Shown: positions 19,442 to 32,959, counted from the stretch's first letter. The stretch: 64,000 nucleotides of DNA from an uncultured Acidobacteriota bacterium (GCA_963770895.1 CAVYRF010000002.1:288001-352000), one strand, 5' to 3'. A program made the numbers and translations. Notes: generated by a model not told the origin, from the letters alone.

Positions 19442-21259
19442 TCAGCGCCGGCCGGCGGCGCGCGCCTCGATCTCGGGCAGCGTCACGCGCCCTTCGCGCG
19501 GCACCATCGGCCGCACCTCGCCGGCGCGCACGGCGCTCAGGAAGGCGGTGACCACCTTGGCGTCGAAGCGGCTGCCGGTCAGCTTGGTGATGGTTTCGAC
19601 CGCGTATTCGATGTTGCCGGCCTGCTGGTACGGGCGGTTGGTGGTGATGGCGTCGAAGGTGTCCGCTACCGCCACGATGCGCGCAAACAGCGGGATCTGC
19701 TCGCCGCGCAGCGCGTCGGGATAGCCGCGGCCGTTCCAGGCTTCGTGGTGCCAGCGGATCGCCGGGATCATCTCGCGCAGCTGCTCGATGGGGCTCATGA
19801 TTTCGGCGCCCATGACGGTGTGCATCTTCATCTGCTCGTATTCCTGCGGCGTCAGCATCCCTTCCTTGCGCAGGATGGTGTCTTCGACGCCGATCTTGCC
19901 GACGTCGTGCAGCAGCGCGCCGATCCACACCTTGTGCTGCACCTCCTCGGGCAGCAGCAGGTGGCGGGCGACCGTGCGGCTGACCGCCGCCACCCGCTCG
20001 GAGTGGCCGCGGGTGTAGGGGTCCTTGGCGTCGATGGCGGCGGCGAAGGCGCGCAGCGAACCGATGAACAGGTCGCGGTTGGCTTGCGCCGCTTCGCGCA
20101 GCTGCTGCACGTAGCTCTCCAGATGGCCGCTCATGCGGTTGAAGTCTTCGGCCAGCTCGGCCAGGTCGAACGACAGGCCCTTCATCTCCACCCGGCCGCC
20201 GAAGCTGCCGGCGGCGATCTCGTGCGTCGTCTCGGTCAGCCGCTGGATGGGGCGGCCGACCCACCGCGCCGCCAGGAAGGCGAAGCACGCCGCCAGGAGC
20301 ATCAGCGGCAGCGTCGCCAAGACCGTGCTCAGCTTCATCTGGTCGACGATCGCGAAGGCCGCCGACAGCGGCTTTTGCACCACCACGCCCCAGCTGGTCT
20401 GGGGGATGGCGCTGACCTGGGCGAGCACTTCCTGCCGCCCGCGCGGCGAGGTGAATTCATATTCGCGGGTGAGGCTCATCGGCCGCTCGACGAAGCGCTT
20501 GACCAGCTCGGAGCGCGACAGCGCCCCCGCCATGCCCGCGTCGGAGTCGGACCACAGGATCTTGCCGTCGCGGTCGATCAGGAACACCCCCACCTGGTTG
20601 CGCGGCTCGCCCTGAAACACTTCCTGCAGCGGCCGGAAGTCGAGCAGCGCTTCGACCACCAGCTGCGGCGCGCCCGCGGTGCCGCTCCCTCTGCCGGCAC
20701 CGGCGCCGGCGCCGGCGCCGGCGCCGACCGGCACCGCCACCGCCAGGTTGGGCACCGCGCGCGGCCCCGCGTTGATCAACCGGTACGCCGTCGCGCCCGA
20801 GGTGCGCGCCTGCTCGAAAACCCGGTCCATCGCCGCTTCGGCGTCGGGCGACAGGCGCTGCGGGCCCTGCCGCGGCCCCTCCCCCTGGAGGTCCAGCACG
20901 TAGAGCGCCCGCAGGTCGGAGTCGCCGGTCGCGAAGCTCTGCAGGTAGCCGGCCACCCACGGCTCGCGCAGGCGGCCCGCCAGGTCGCCGCCGCCGGCGC
21001 CGCCCGGCGCCATCAGCAGGCCGCCGCCCAGCTGCGCCAGCTGCCGGCGCTCGGTCACCAGGTAGGTGTCGATCTCATGCGCCAGCGCCAGCGCCTTGCG
21101 CGTCAGGTAGTCGCGCTCGGCATCCTGCAGGATTTCCTTGGTCTTGGGGAGCAGCAGGGCGCTGTTGATCAGCAGCGGCACGCTGCTCGACAACAGCACC
21201 AGAATCAACATGACGTGGCGCAGCTTCATGCGGCGCAACAGCTTGCGACGAGGCGTCAT
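19442..21259 (-). CDS. Membrane HD-GYP phosphodiesterase with extracytoplasmic Cache-like sensor and HAMP domain
   Basis: Two TM helices, HAMP (PIQRL...LAEDFNRM), DAKDPYTRGHSERV, LHDVGK, HHEAWNGRGYP, VADTFDAITTNRPY; ATG at 21259. Confidence 0.9.
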   Translation of the reverse strand: MTPRRKLLRRMKLRHVMLILVLLSSSVPLLINSALLLPKTKEILQDAERDYLTRKALALAHEIDTYLVTERRQLAQLGGGLLMAPGGAGGGDLAGRLREPWVAGYLQSFATGDSDLRALYVLDLQGEGPRQGPQRLSPDAEAAMDRVFEQARTSGATAYRLINAGPRAVPNLAVAVPVGAGAGAGAGAGRGSGTAGAPQLVVEALLDFRPLQEVFQGEPRNQVGVFLIDRDGKILWSDSDAGMAGALSRSELVKRFVERPMSLTREYEFTSPRGRQEVLAQVSAIPQTSWGVVVQKPLSAAFAIVDQMKLSTVLATLPLMLLAACFAFLAARWVGRPIQRLTETTHEIAAGSFGGRVEMKGLSFDLAELAEDFNRMSGHLESYVQQLREAAQANRDLFIGSLRAFAAAIDAKDPYTRGHSERVAAVSRTVARHLLLPEEVQHKVWIGALLHDVGKIGVEDTILRKEGMLTPQEYEQMKMHTVMGAEIMSPIEQLREMIPAIRWHHEAWNGRGYPDALRGEQIPLFARIVAVADTFDAITTNRPYQQAGNIEYAVETITKLTGSRFDAKVVTAFLSAVRAGEVRPMVPREGRVTLPEIEARAAGRR

Positions 21260-21330
21260 CGTTGGCGGAGGCTGCGGCGAGGCGAGCGGCTGCGCTTTAG
21301 GCCCAGCGCTAGTATAGCGCCGCCGTGCCC

Positions 21331-22440
21331 TCAGGCGGCGGCCAGGGGCTCGCGCAGGAAGGCGCGCAGCTCGCGCACCACCTCTTCCCAGCCGATCCCT
21401 TCGACCATGTGGCCGCGGCCCAGCGCCTGCGGCAGCACCCAGGCCAGGCCGCGCTCGCTCGCCTTCTTGTCGCGCGCCATGCGCGCCGCCAGGTCCGCCG
21501 CGTCCAGGGCCGGCAACGGCGGCAGCGCCAGACGGGTCAGCAGCGCCGCCAGCCGCTGCGCCGTCGCGCCGTCCAGCCCGCGGCGGCGCGCCAGGCGCAG
21601 GGCGAAGAGAATCCCGTAGGCCACCGCCTCGCCGTGCCGCAACCCCTGGTAATCGGCGGCCGATTCGATGGCATGCCCCAAGGTGTGGCCGAAGTTGAGC
21701 AGCCGGCGGTCGCCGCGTTCGTCGGGGTCGTCCTGCACCACCGCGATCTTGGCCGCCGCCGCCGCCGCCACCACCGGCGCCAGCGCCGCGGCGTCGCCGG
21801 CGATCAGCGCCCCCAGGTCGCGTTCGACCGCCGCCAGCAGCGCCGGATCGAGCAGCGCCGCCACCTTGATCACCTCCACCAGGCCCGAGCGCAGCTCGGC
21901 GGCCGGCAGGGTGGCGAGCACCGCCGTGTCGCAGACCACCCACGCCGGGTGCAGAAAGACGCCCACCGTGTTCTTGCCGCCCGGCAGGTCCACCGCCGTC
22001 TTGCCGCCGATCGCCGCGTCCACCTGCGCCAGCAGCGTCGTCGGCAGCTGCGCGCATTGGACGCCGCGCAGAAAGCACCCGGCGACGAAGCCCGCCAGGT
22101 CGCCGACGCTGCCGCCGCCGAACGCGACCACCCGGCTGTCGCGCTTGCCGCCGCCCAGAAGCATTTCGTTCCACAGCCGCTCGGCCACCGCCAGCGACTT
22201 GGCCGCTTCGCCCTCGGGAACCTCCAGCACGCGCAGGCGCGCCGCGGCGCTGCGCAGCGCCGCCAGCCGCTCGCCGTGCAGCGTCAGCACGCGCGGCGTC
22301 GACACCACGAACAGGGTGCGCCCGGCGGCCCACTCCGCCAGGTCCGCCCGCGCCGCGCCCAGAGCCCCCACCCCGGCCCAGATGCCGCTGACGCCGCCGG
22401 GGTGGCGCAGGCTCAGTCGCTGGAGGTTCGCGCTCGCCAC
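21331..22440 (-). CDS. aroB: 3-dehydroquinate synthase
   Basis: GEAAKS, GGGSVGDLAGF, PTTLLAQVDAAIGGK, LLNFGHTLGHAIE, HGEAV; GTG start at 22440. Confidence 0.95.
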   Translation of the reverse strand: MASANLQRLSLRHPGGVSGIWAGVGALGAARADLAEWAAGRTLFVVSTPRVLTLHGERLAALRSAAARLRVLEVPEGEAAKSLAVAERLWNEMLLGGGKRDSRVVAFGGGSVGDLAGFVAGCFLRGVQCAQLPTTLLAQVDAAIGGKTAVDLPGGKNTVGVFLHPAWVVCDTAVLATLPAAELRSGLVEVIKVAALLDPALLAAVERDLGALIAGDAAALAPVVAAAAAAKIAVVQDDPDERGDRRLLNFGHTLGHAIESAADYQGLRHGEAVAYGILFALRLARRRGLDGATAQRLAALLTRLALPPLPALDAADLAARMARDKKASERGLAWVLPQALGRGHMVEGIGWEEVVRELRAFLREPLAAA

Positions 22441-22451
22441 GGTGTCCGGCT

Positions 22452-24368
<1,917 letters not shown>

Positions 24369-24486
24369 GATCCCGCTTCCCCGGCCCCTGCGGCCTGTCG
24401 CGTGGCAATCGCCGGCGCCCGGCCGGCAACGTGCCGCATCCCGCCTCCCCGCCGATCCGTCCGCCCCCCTATCGCTGCGCCTGCCC

Positions 24487-25044
24487 CTATCGCTGCCCCT
24501 GCCCCTGCGCGGCCGCCGCGGCGGCCGCGGCATAGGCGGCGCGATATTCGTCCTTCAGCCTGACGTAGCGGGCGCAGGTCTCCACGATGTTTTGCGACTC
24601 CGCGGCGGTCAGCGGGCGGGCAACCCGCGCCGGCACGCCCAGCACCAGGTGGCCGGCGGGCACGCGCGTGCCCGGCGCCACCACCGCGCCGGCACCCACC
24701 TGCGCCCCCGCTTCGACCACCGCGCCGTCCAGCACGCGCGCGCCGATGCCGATCAGCGCCCCGTCGTGGACCGTGCAGCCGTGCAGCACCGCCTGGTGTC
24801 CCACCACGACGTCGGCGCCGATGACCAGCGGGTGGGTGCGGTAGGCGACGTGCAGCACGGTGCCGTCCTGGATGTTGGTGCGCGGCCCGATGCGGATCCA
24901 GTTGACGTCGCCGCGCGCCGCGGTATGAAACCAGAAGGAGGCGTCCTCGCCGATTTCGACGTCGCCCGTCACCTGGGCGTCGGGAGCCAGAAACACCCGC
25001 GCGCCGACGACCGGCAGGCGACCCGCATACGCGACCAGCGGCAC
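24487..25044 (-). CDS. Gamma carbonic anhydrase family protein
   Basis: RGDVN.IRIG..TNIQDG.VLH, VGHQAVLHGC, hexapeptide repeats. Confidence 0.92.
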   Translation of the reverse strand: MPLVAYAGRLPVVGARVFLAPDAQVTGDVEIGEDASFWFHTAARGDVNWIRIGPRTNIQDGTVLHVAYRTHPLVIGADVVVGHQAVLHGCTVHDGALIGIGARVLDGAVVEAGAQVGAGAVVAPGTRVPAGHLVLGVPARVARPLTAAESQNIVETCARYVRLKDEYRAAYAAAAAAAAQGQGQR

Positions 25045-25051
25045 GACCGCT

Positions 25052-25681
25052 CTACCTGGCCGGCAGCACGGAGAGGATCACCCGTTGGACGACCGGCAGC
25101 TGGCGCTCGAATTCGCTGCGCGTCGCCGACGCCATGAAGTCGAGGCTGGTCTGCCCGTACGGCATCTTGAGCACCAGGGTGCTGCGCGCCTGGATGCCGC
25201 TGCCGCTGTCCATCCTGACCAGCACGCCGCGCACGCCGCCCAGCGTGCGCACTTCGACCAGCGGCGCGGCCCAGGAATCGTCGACGCTCTTCTTGATGTT
25301 CGCCACCACCGCTTCGGGGTCGGCCAGCGACGCCGGGCTGACCCGCACGTAGACCATGCGCGGGTCGGTTTCCGGCGTGGCGCTGCCGGCGGGGCCGACG
25401 AAGACGCCCGGCATCGCCTTGGAGTGCACCACCTCCCAGCCGGCGGGAAGCTCGATGGTATAGGGGAAGCGGGTGCCGTCCGCCGCGGCGATCTCAACCC
25501 GGCGCGCCGCCGACGCGCCGCCCGCGGCCGGCGCCGCCGCAGCGGGCTGGGCGCCGGCGGCCTTCGCCGCGCCCGCGGCACGGAGAACGGCCGGCACGGC
25601 GACGGCAAGAGCGACGGCCAGGGCAAAAACGGCGGCAAAACGGGTCGGCGACAACAGCGCCAGGGGGCGGCGGGCAATCAT
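25052..25681 (-). CDS. Secreted hypothetical protein (possible PsbP/DcrB-like fold)
   Basis: GAGG Shine-Dalgarno, signal peptide, Ala-rich linker, YTIELPAGWEVV strand and C-terminal F......VILSV pattern. Confidence 0.65.
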   Translation of the reverse strand: MIARRPLALLSPTRFAAVFALAVALAVAVPAVLRAAGAAKAAGAQPAAAAPAAGGASAARRVEIAAADGTRFPYTIELPAGWEVVHSKAMPGVFVGPAGSATPETDPRMVYVRVSPASLADPEAVVANIKKSVDDSWAAPLVEVRTLGGVRGVLVRMDSGSGIQARSTLVLKMPYGQTSLDFMASATRSEFERQLPVVQRVILSVLPAR

Positions 25682-25799
25682 GGTGCACCTCGTTGCGGCT
25701 GTACGGCGAAGGGGCTTCAAGACCTCGAACGCGGCGCAAAGCATGCCACAAAATGGCCGAGCGGGAAACGCCGCGCCGTTGTTTTAGACTGGTCGGGCC

Positions 25800-26246
25800 A
25801 TGGCCGAGCCCAGCTGCACCCAGACCGCCATCGAAGTCCGCTATGCCGAAACCGACCAGATGGGGGTGGTCCACCACGCCAACTACATCGTCTGGTTCGA
25901 GCTGGCGCGCACCCACCTGTGCGCCGCAACCGGCATCCCCTACGCCGAGATCGAGCGCCAGGGCCACCTGCTGATGGTCATCGGCGTCGACGTGCGCTAC
26001 CGGCTGCCCGCCCGGTATGGCGAAACCGTGGTGGTCAGCTGCCGGGCCGAGCGCGCCACCCACCGCACCGTCCGCTTCGTCTACGAGGTGCGGCGCGGCA
26101 CGGCGCTGCTCACCACCGGGCACACCGACCACATCTGGGTGGACGCGGCCAGCGGCCGCCCCTGCCGCCTGCCGGAGCGGCTGATGGCGGCGTTTGCGCG
26201 CCTGGCCGGACAGCAGGACGCCGCCCCAAGTCCAGCGGCGCCATGA
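25800..26246 (+). CDS. Acyl-CoA thioesterase (YbgC/FadM hotdog family)
   Basis: VRYAETDQMGVVHHANYIVWFELAR. Confidence 0.92.
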   Translation: MAEPSCTQTAIEVRYAETDQMGVVHHANYIVWFELARTHLCAATGIPYAEIERQGHLLMVIGVDVRYRLPARYGETVVVSCRAERATHRTVRFVYEVRRGTALLTTGHTDHIWVDAASGRPCRLPERLMAAFARLAGQQDAAPSPAAP

Positions 26247-26311
26247 CGCACGTACAGTGATGCGAAGCCACACCGCGCACGCGGCGCGGCCGGCCTAGAG
26301 AAAGGGAAAAC

Positions 26312-26899
26312 ATGAAACTCTCCATGCGTAAAGCAACCGGCCTTGGGGCGCTCCTGGCGGCCGGGGTGGTCGTAGTTCTGGGCGCCGGCCGCACCGGCGC
26401 CGCGCACGCCACCACCGCGGGGGCAGCCACCACCCCCGCCCAGGTAGGAGGACCGTCAGTGACCGTGATCGACATACCCGGCAACACCCTGCTCGACCCC
26501 GGCGTCAAGCACGTCGTCAAGACCGACGCCGAATGGCGCAAGCTCCTGACCCCCGAGCAGTACCAGGTCACCCGCCGCAAGGGGACGGAGATCGCCTTCA
26601 CCGGCGCGCTGGAGCACAACAAGGCCAACGGCTGGTACGTCTGCGTCTGCTGCGGCAACCCGCTGTTCAAGTCGGACACCAAGTTCGATTCCCACACCGG
26701 CTGGCCCAGCTTCTGGCAGCCCATCGGCGCCGGCGCCGTGCACGAAGAGCGTGACTCCACGCTGGGCATGGTCCGTACCGAGGTGCAGTGCGCCCGCTGC
26801 GACGCCCACCTGGGCCACGTCTTCGACGACGGCCCGCGTCCCACCGGCCTGCGCTACTGCATGAATTCCGCGGCGCTCAAGTTCATCGCCGCCAAGTAG
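26312..26899 (+). CDS. msrB: Peptide-methionine (R)-S-oxide reductase with export signal
   Basis: [42 protein letters not shown]; hydrophobic N-terminal signal. Confidence 0.95.
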   Translation: MKLSMRKATGLGALLAAGVVVVLGAGRTGAAHATTAGAATTPAQVGGPSVTVIDIPGNTLLDPGVKHVVKTDAEWRKLLTPEQYQVTRRKGTEIAFTGALEHNKANGWYVCVCCGNPLFKSDTKFDSHTGWPSFWQPIGAGAVHEERDSTLGMVRTEVQCARCDAHLGHVFDDGPRPTGLRYCMNSAALKFIAAK

Positions 26900-26941
26900 C
26901 GAGCAGTCAGCAGCAGCCGCAGGAACAGCGGCAGCAGCAAG

Positions 26942-28885
<1,944 letters not shown>

Positions 28886-28955
28886 TCATTCGCTTCGCTT
28901 GCAGATTGCGCCGCACAGAGCGGGCGAACTGCCCGCGCGGAAACCACCGGGGACC

Positions 28956-29669
28956 TTAACGCAAAGACACCGGCTCGCGATGGCGGTCGCACCACCAGGC
29001 CCACAGGACCAGCAGCCACAGCGACAGCCCCATCCAGCCCAGCGTCCGCGTGTCCGGCGGCGGCGGCCCGAACGTCGAGCTCAGCCAGATGGCCAGCAGC
29101 GCCGCCAGCAGCGCCCACGTAGCATACCGGCCCACGCCGTCGCGCGGCCGCGTCGACCGCAGATACAGGATGCAGCCGGCAACGTACATGCCGGCTTCCA
29201 GGGGCACCTCCACCGCCGGCGCGTTCCACAACCCCAGCCCCACATAAGGACCGTGCGGCCCGATCGGCAAATCGGGCCGGTGCACCAGCAGGTCGAGCAC
29301 CCAATGGCTGAGCACCCCCAGCCCCAGGAGCATTGCCAGCGGCCACCGCGACCCGCCCGCGGCCGCGGCTCCAGCCCGCCCGCCGCTGCCCCCGGCGCCC
29401 AGGCCGCGCGCCGCCAGCCCGTAGACCAGCGCAAAGGCCGCCGACCAGCACAGCGCGCCCACCAGGCTATGGGTGATCGGGTAATCGTAGAAGTCGAGCG
29501 GCGTCAACCGCGTGTCGCCCGGCGCGATGCGCACGTGCTCCCAGCCGAGCAGCACGAAGCCCGGCCAGAGCAGGTCCAGCAGCTGCACCGACACGAACCA
29601 GGTGGCGAGCGAAGCCCGCGGCCGGACCGCCTTGCCCGCAAGGCCGAGAGCGAAGTGACCCACAAACAC
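28956..29669 (-). CDS. Membrane-bound metal-dependent hydrolase-like protein
   Basis: MFVGH, DLLWP, THSL, SHWVLD motifs with several TM helices; GTG at 29669. Confidence 0.8.
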   Translation of the reverse strand: MFVGHFALGLAGKAVRPRASLATWFVSVQLLDLLWPGFVLLGWEHVRIAPGDTRLTPLDFYDYPITHSLVGALCWSAAFALVYGLAARGLGAGGSGGRAGAAAAGGSRWPLAMLLGLGVLSHWVLDLLVHRPDLPIGPHGPYVGLGLWNAPAVEVPLEAGMYVAGCILYLRSTRPRDGVGRYATWALLAALLAIWLSSTFGPPPPDTRTLGWMGLSLWLLVLWAWWCDRHREPVSLR

Positions 29670-29746
29670 CACCCGATGCTACGCGGGACCCACCCCGCAA
29701 GCAAGCAACCGCCGGCCACGGTGGTTGGGGGAGGCTCCGCGGTCGG

Positions 29747-29770
29747 GTTGCTCCCTGCCGGGAGTGCCGG
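29747..29770. repeat. Dispersed inverted copy of the 13542-13565 repeat core
   Basis: gttgctccctgccgggagtgccgg is the exact reverse complement of ccggcactcccggcagggagcaac. Confidence 0.85.
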
Positions 29771-29953
29771 AGCTCAGGCAGGCGGCGGGGGCGTCTGCCC
29801 CGCGGCGTCTGCCGCGATCTGCTCTTGCTGGCGTTCGGGCACCGTGCTATCACCGGATCCACCGCCTCGCAGCAATGGACACTCCGGCGCCCACACGGTG
29901 CGCCGTCGGTTCGTCCGCAACCCGCAAGGAGAGCAGAGATGAAAGGGACGACG

Positions 29954-30451
29954 ATGCACAAGCGAGATGCGGCCGGAAGCCGTCGGGGCCACCGGATGAT
30001 CCTGGCCGTCGCGGCGGGCCTGCTGGTTGCAGCGGCGGGGACAATCCAGGCATCCGCCGCTCCTGCCGGCGCCGGCGCGGCGGCGGGCGCGGATGTCGGC
30101 TGTCCCGCCTCGGTTTCCGTGCGTCAGGCGGCAACCGCACCGGCGGGCTGGGCGGTGGACTACGACAAGAAGGCCAACGACCTGACCATGGTGACCTTCT
30201 TCGAAGGGCCGCCGGCGGAGCTGGCGTCGCTGGTCTACGACGAGCAGACGTCCAAGGGTGGCGAGATCCGGGCCGTCTGGCGTTTCCCTCCAGGGAGCAA
30301 GGGGATCTGGATGTCCTGCGCCTACGACGGCACCCGCGCGGTCCTGTCGCGCCAGCTGCCCGCATCCGTGCGGACCTGCACCGTGCGGTACGACAAGGCG
30401 ACGGCCTCCAGCAGCGGCCTTCCCAGCATCAAGGGAATCGAGTGTCGATAG
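29954..30451 (+). CDS. Secreted STY0301-family-like protein (putative amidase-effector immunity type)
   Basis: Signal peptide then CP..V.V.Q....P.GW, FFEGPP.ELASL, W.F......IWMSCAY..T...LSR.LP.....C; start at 29954 or 29939. Confidence 0.7.
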   Translation: MHKRDAAGSRRGHRMILAVAAGLLVAAAGTIQASAAPAGAGAAAGADVGCPASVSVRQAATAPAGWAVDYDKKANDLTMVTFFEGPPAELASLVYDEQTSKGGEIRAVWRFPPGSKGIWMSCAYDGTRAVLSRQLPASVRTCTVRYDKATASSSGLPSIKGIECR

Positions 30452-30487
30452 CATATTACCGCAAGGGCGACTGAGCTACGGTGAGAA

Positions 30488-30517
30488 TTGTCGTATGCTC
30501 GACTAGTCGTGCATACT
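30488..30517 (+). promoter_or_regulatory. Putative promoter (TTGTCG-N18-CATACT) overlapped by a 24-bp palindromic operator
   Basis: gtatgctcgactagtcgtgcatac (30493-30516) is self-complementary apart from one pair. Confidence 0.6.
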
Positions 30518-30564
30518 GGCGCAGCGGAGATTGGTCTCCCAACCTTTAAAGAAAGGCACCCTTC

Positions 30565-30738
30565 ATGCGCTCGACCCGCACCCGCAGGACCCTCAAGCTG
30601 CACCGGGAAACGCTCCACCTGTTGACCGACATTGACCTCGCCAGAGCCGCCACAGGCGCCGCGCAGACGGGTGTGACCGCCTGCCCGGTGGGCACCACGA
30701 AGCTCGTTTGCTGCACTCTGAAGATCCCCTGCGCCTAG
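30565..30738 (+). CDS. RiPP (lanthipeptide-like) precursor peptide, 57 aa
   Basis: MRSTRTRRTLKLHRETLHLLTDIDLARAATGA-AQTGVTACPVGTTKLVCCTLKIPCA*; GAAAGG Shine-Dalgarno; LxLxRETL leader, GA cleavage-like site, Thr/Cys-rich core; below the ORF-track length cutoff. Confidence 0.8.
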   Translation: MRSTRTRRTLKLHRETLHLLTDIDLARAATGAAQTGVTACPVGTTKLVCCTLKIPCA

Positions 30739-30745
30739 GCGCAGG
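30728..30745 (+). terminator. Perfect 18-bp palindrome over the peptide stop codon
   Basis: cctgcgcctaggcgcagg; only a short T tract follows. Confidence 0.4.
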
Positions 30746-31045
30746 TTCCTGCGCGCCCACTTGCGTCTCGCCGGCGCGCGCCCGCCGGCGGGGCGCAGTG
30801 ACGCAGCGGTACCAAACGCATTCAAGCAGGCCGGTCACTTTGCGCTGATTCGCCCGAGGATTCCGGCGCGGGGTAGCGTGCCGTCTCGAAGTCCCGCACG
30901 GCAGGTCTTGCCACAAGGCAGGCGGCTCGCCCTGCGGGCTGGCCAACCCTTTCGCCGCGGGCCGGTCCGGCGTAGCGCGCGCTGATGCAGTGGCGCGGCG
31001 GCGGCGGCGCCGGTGATAAATTTGGCGGCCGGAGGAGACGATGCC

Positions 31046-32959
31046 ATGCGGACTGCGGCGAAGCGACGGCGTGTCGTGGCGGGAGCGGCCTGGGCGGTTG
31101 CGGTGCTGGGAACCGTGGGAGCGCTGGGAGCGTTCGCAGGCACGGCTTGGGGAGCGGCGAGGGTGGCACGGGCGACACCGGCGGACACCGGGGCCGCGGC
31201 GCAGGCCGGAGGGCGTATGACGGAGGCGGCGGTGCCTGGCGAATGGTTGACGCCGGCGGAGGCGGCGGGGTTCGAGGCGACGCCGGATTATGCGGCGACG
31301 ATGGCGTTTCTGCGGCGGGTGGGCGAGCGGCTCCCGGAGATGCGGCTCGGGAGCTTCGGCAGGTCGGCGGCGGGGCGGGACATGCCGGTGGTGATCGTGT
31401 CGCGCGAGCGGGAGTTCACGCCGGCGGCGGCGCGGCAGGCGGGGCGGCCGGTGGTGCTGATCCAGAACAGCATCCATTCCGGCGAGATCGACGGCAAGGA
31501 CGCCTGCCTGATGATCCTGCGCGACCTCGCGCTGGGGCGGCGGCGGGAGCTGCTGGACGTGGCGACTCTGGTCATCGTGCCGATCTACAACGTCGACGGG
31601 CACGAACGGATCTCGCGCTACAACCGGCCCAACCAGGACGGGCCGCACCAGGGGATGGGATTTCGCACCACCACCGCCGGCCTGGACCTGAATCGCGACT
31701 ACGTGAAGGTGGTGTCGCCCGAGGCGCGGGCGATGGTCGGGCTGATCGGCGCCTGGCGGCCGGACCTGTTCGTCGACAACCACGTCACCGACGGCGTGGA
31801 CCACGACTGGGTGCTCACCTGGTCCTGGACCGAGGCACCGCAGCTGGCGGCGCCGCTGGACGCGTGGATGCGCACCCATATGCCGGCGGCGATGGCGGCA
31901 ACCGAGAAGGCAGGCCACCGCACCGGGCCCTATGTGGACCTGAAGGACGGCACCGATCCATCGCAAGGCTTCAGCTCGTGGGTGGCGGGCGCGCGGTTCA
32001 CCACCGGCTACCTGCCGCTGCGCAACGTGCCGGCGGTGCTGATCGAGACGCTCTCCTACAAGCCCTACAAGGAACGGGTGCTGGCGACGCGCGACTTCCT
32101 GCTGTCGCTGATCGCCGAGGTGGGCAAGGACGGCGCCGGCCTGCGCCGCGCGCACTCCCTGGCCGATGCGGCCACCGTGGCGGCGGGAGCGCCGCACGCC
32201 GCCGCCTCGCCGCTGACGCTCAACTTTGACGAGAGCCCGGCCGCCGACCGCATCCGTCTGCCGCTCTACGCCACCAGCCTGGAAACGTCGCAGGTGAGCG
32301 GCCGGCCGCTGCTGCGCTACCAGCGCGGCACGGTGCACGAAATCGAGGTGCCGTGGTACCACGGCTCGCGGGCGACGCTCACCGTGCCGCGGCCGCGTGG
32401 CTACCTGGTGCTCCCCGGCTGGCCGCAGATCGAAGAGCGGCTGCGCGCCCAGGGGCTGCGCGTGCTACAGCTGACGGTGCCGGCCGACCTGGACGTGGAA
32501 GCCATGCGTGCGGCCAATCCCCACTTTGCCGCGGCGACCTACCAGGGCCTGACGCGGGTCAGCGCCGCGGTGACCCGCCGCGCCGAGCGCCACCACGTGC
32601 CCGCCGGAGCGCTGTGGGTGCCCGCCGACCAGCCGGACTTCGCCGTCGCGGCGCAGCTCCTGGAGCCGGACGCCGACGATTCGCTGCTGTCGTGGGGGCT
32701 GCTGTCGACGATCTTCGAACACAAGGAGGCGATCTCGCCGTGGGTCCTGGAGGACCGCGCCGCCGAGCTGCTGCGCGACCCCGCCGTCGCCGCCGAATGG
32801 CGCCAGGCGCTCGCCGATCCGAAGTTGGCCGCCGACCCCCAGGCGCGCTACATGTGGTGGTTCCGCCACACGCCCTGGTGGGACGACACCGTGGGCCTGG
32901 TCCCGATCTACCGCGTCATGGCTCCGCCGGAGCTGCAGACGCAACCCTGGCAGCCCTGA
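31046..32959 (+). CDS. Secreted M14 family zinc carboxypeptidase
   Basis: IHSGEIDG, YNVDGHE, LDLNRD, DNH; signal peptide; GGAGGAG upstream. Confidence 0.9.
   Translation: MRTAAKRRRVVAGAAWAVAVLGTVGALGAFAGTAWGAARVARATPADTGAAAQAGGRMTEAAVPGEWLTPAEAAGFEATPDYAATMAFLRRVGERLPEMRLGSFGRSAAGRDMPVVIVSREREFTPAAARQAGRPVVLIQNSIHSGEIDGKDACLMILRDLALGRRRELLDVATLVIVPIYNVDGHERISRYNRPNQDGPHQGMGFRTTTAGLDLNRDYVKVVSPEARAMVGLIGAWRPDLFVDNHVTDGVDHDWVLTWSWTEAPQLAAPLDAWMRTHMPAAMAATEKAGHRTGPYVDLKDGTDPSQGFSSWVAGARFTTGYLPLRNVPAVLIETLSYKPYKERVLATRDFLLSLIAEVGKDGAGLRRAHSLADAATVAAGAPHAAASPLTLNFDESPAADRIRLPLYATSLETSQVSGRPLLRYQRGTVHEIEVPWYHGSRATLTVPRPRGYLVLPGWPQIEERLRAQGLRVLQLTVPADLDVEAMRAANPHFAAATYQGLTRVSAAVTRRAERHHVPAGALWVPADQPDFAVAAQLLEPDADDSLLSWGLLSTIFEHKEAISPWVLEDRAAELLRDPAVAAEWRQALADPKLAADPQARYMWWFRHTPWWDDTVGLVPIYRVMAPPELQTQPWQP

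Noticed and set aside
29825-29938. Remnant of an amidase effector upstream of the STY0301-like gene
   Set aside because: Only a vague GHRAI...QQW resemblance with the wrong spacing
31046-32959. M14 peptidase as the maturation enzyme of the RiPP-like peptide
   Set aside because: About 300 bp away beyond a hairpin; M14 enzymes are carboxypeptidases rather than leader peptidases; adjacency is the only support
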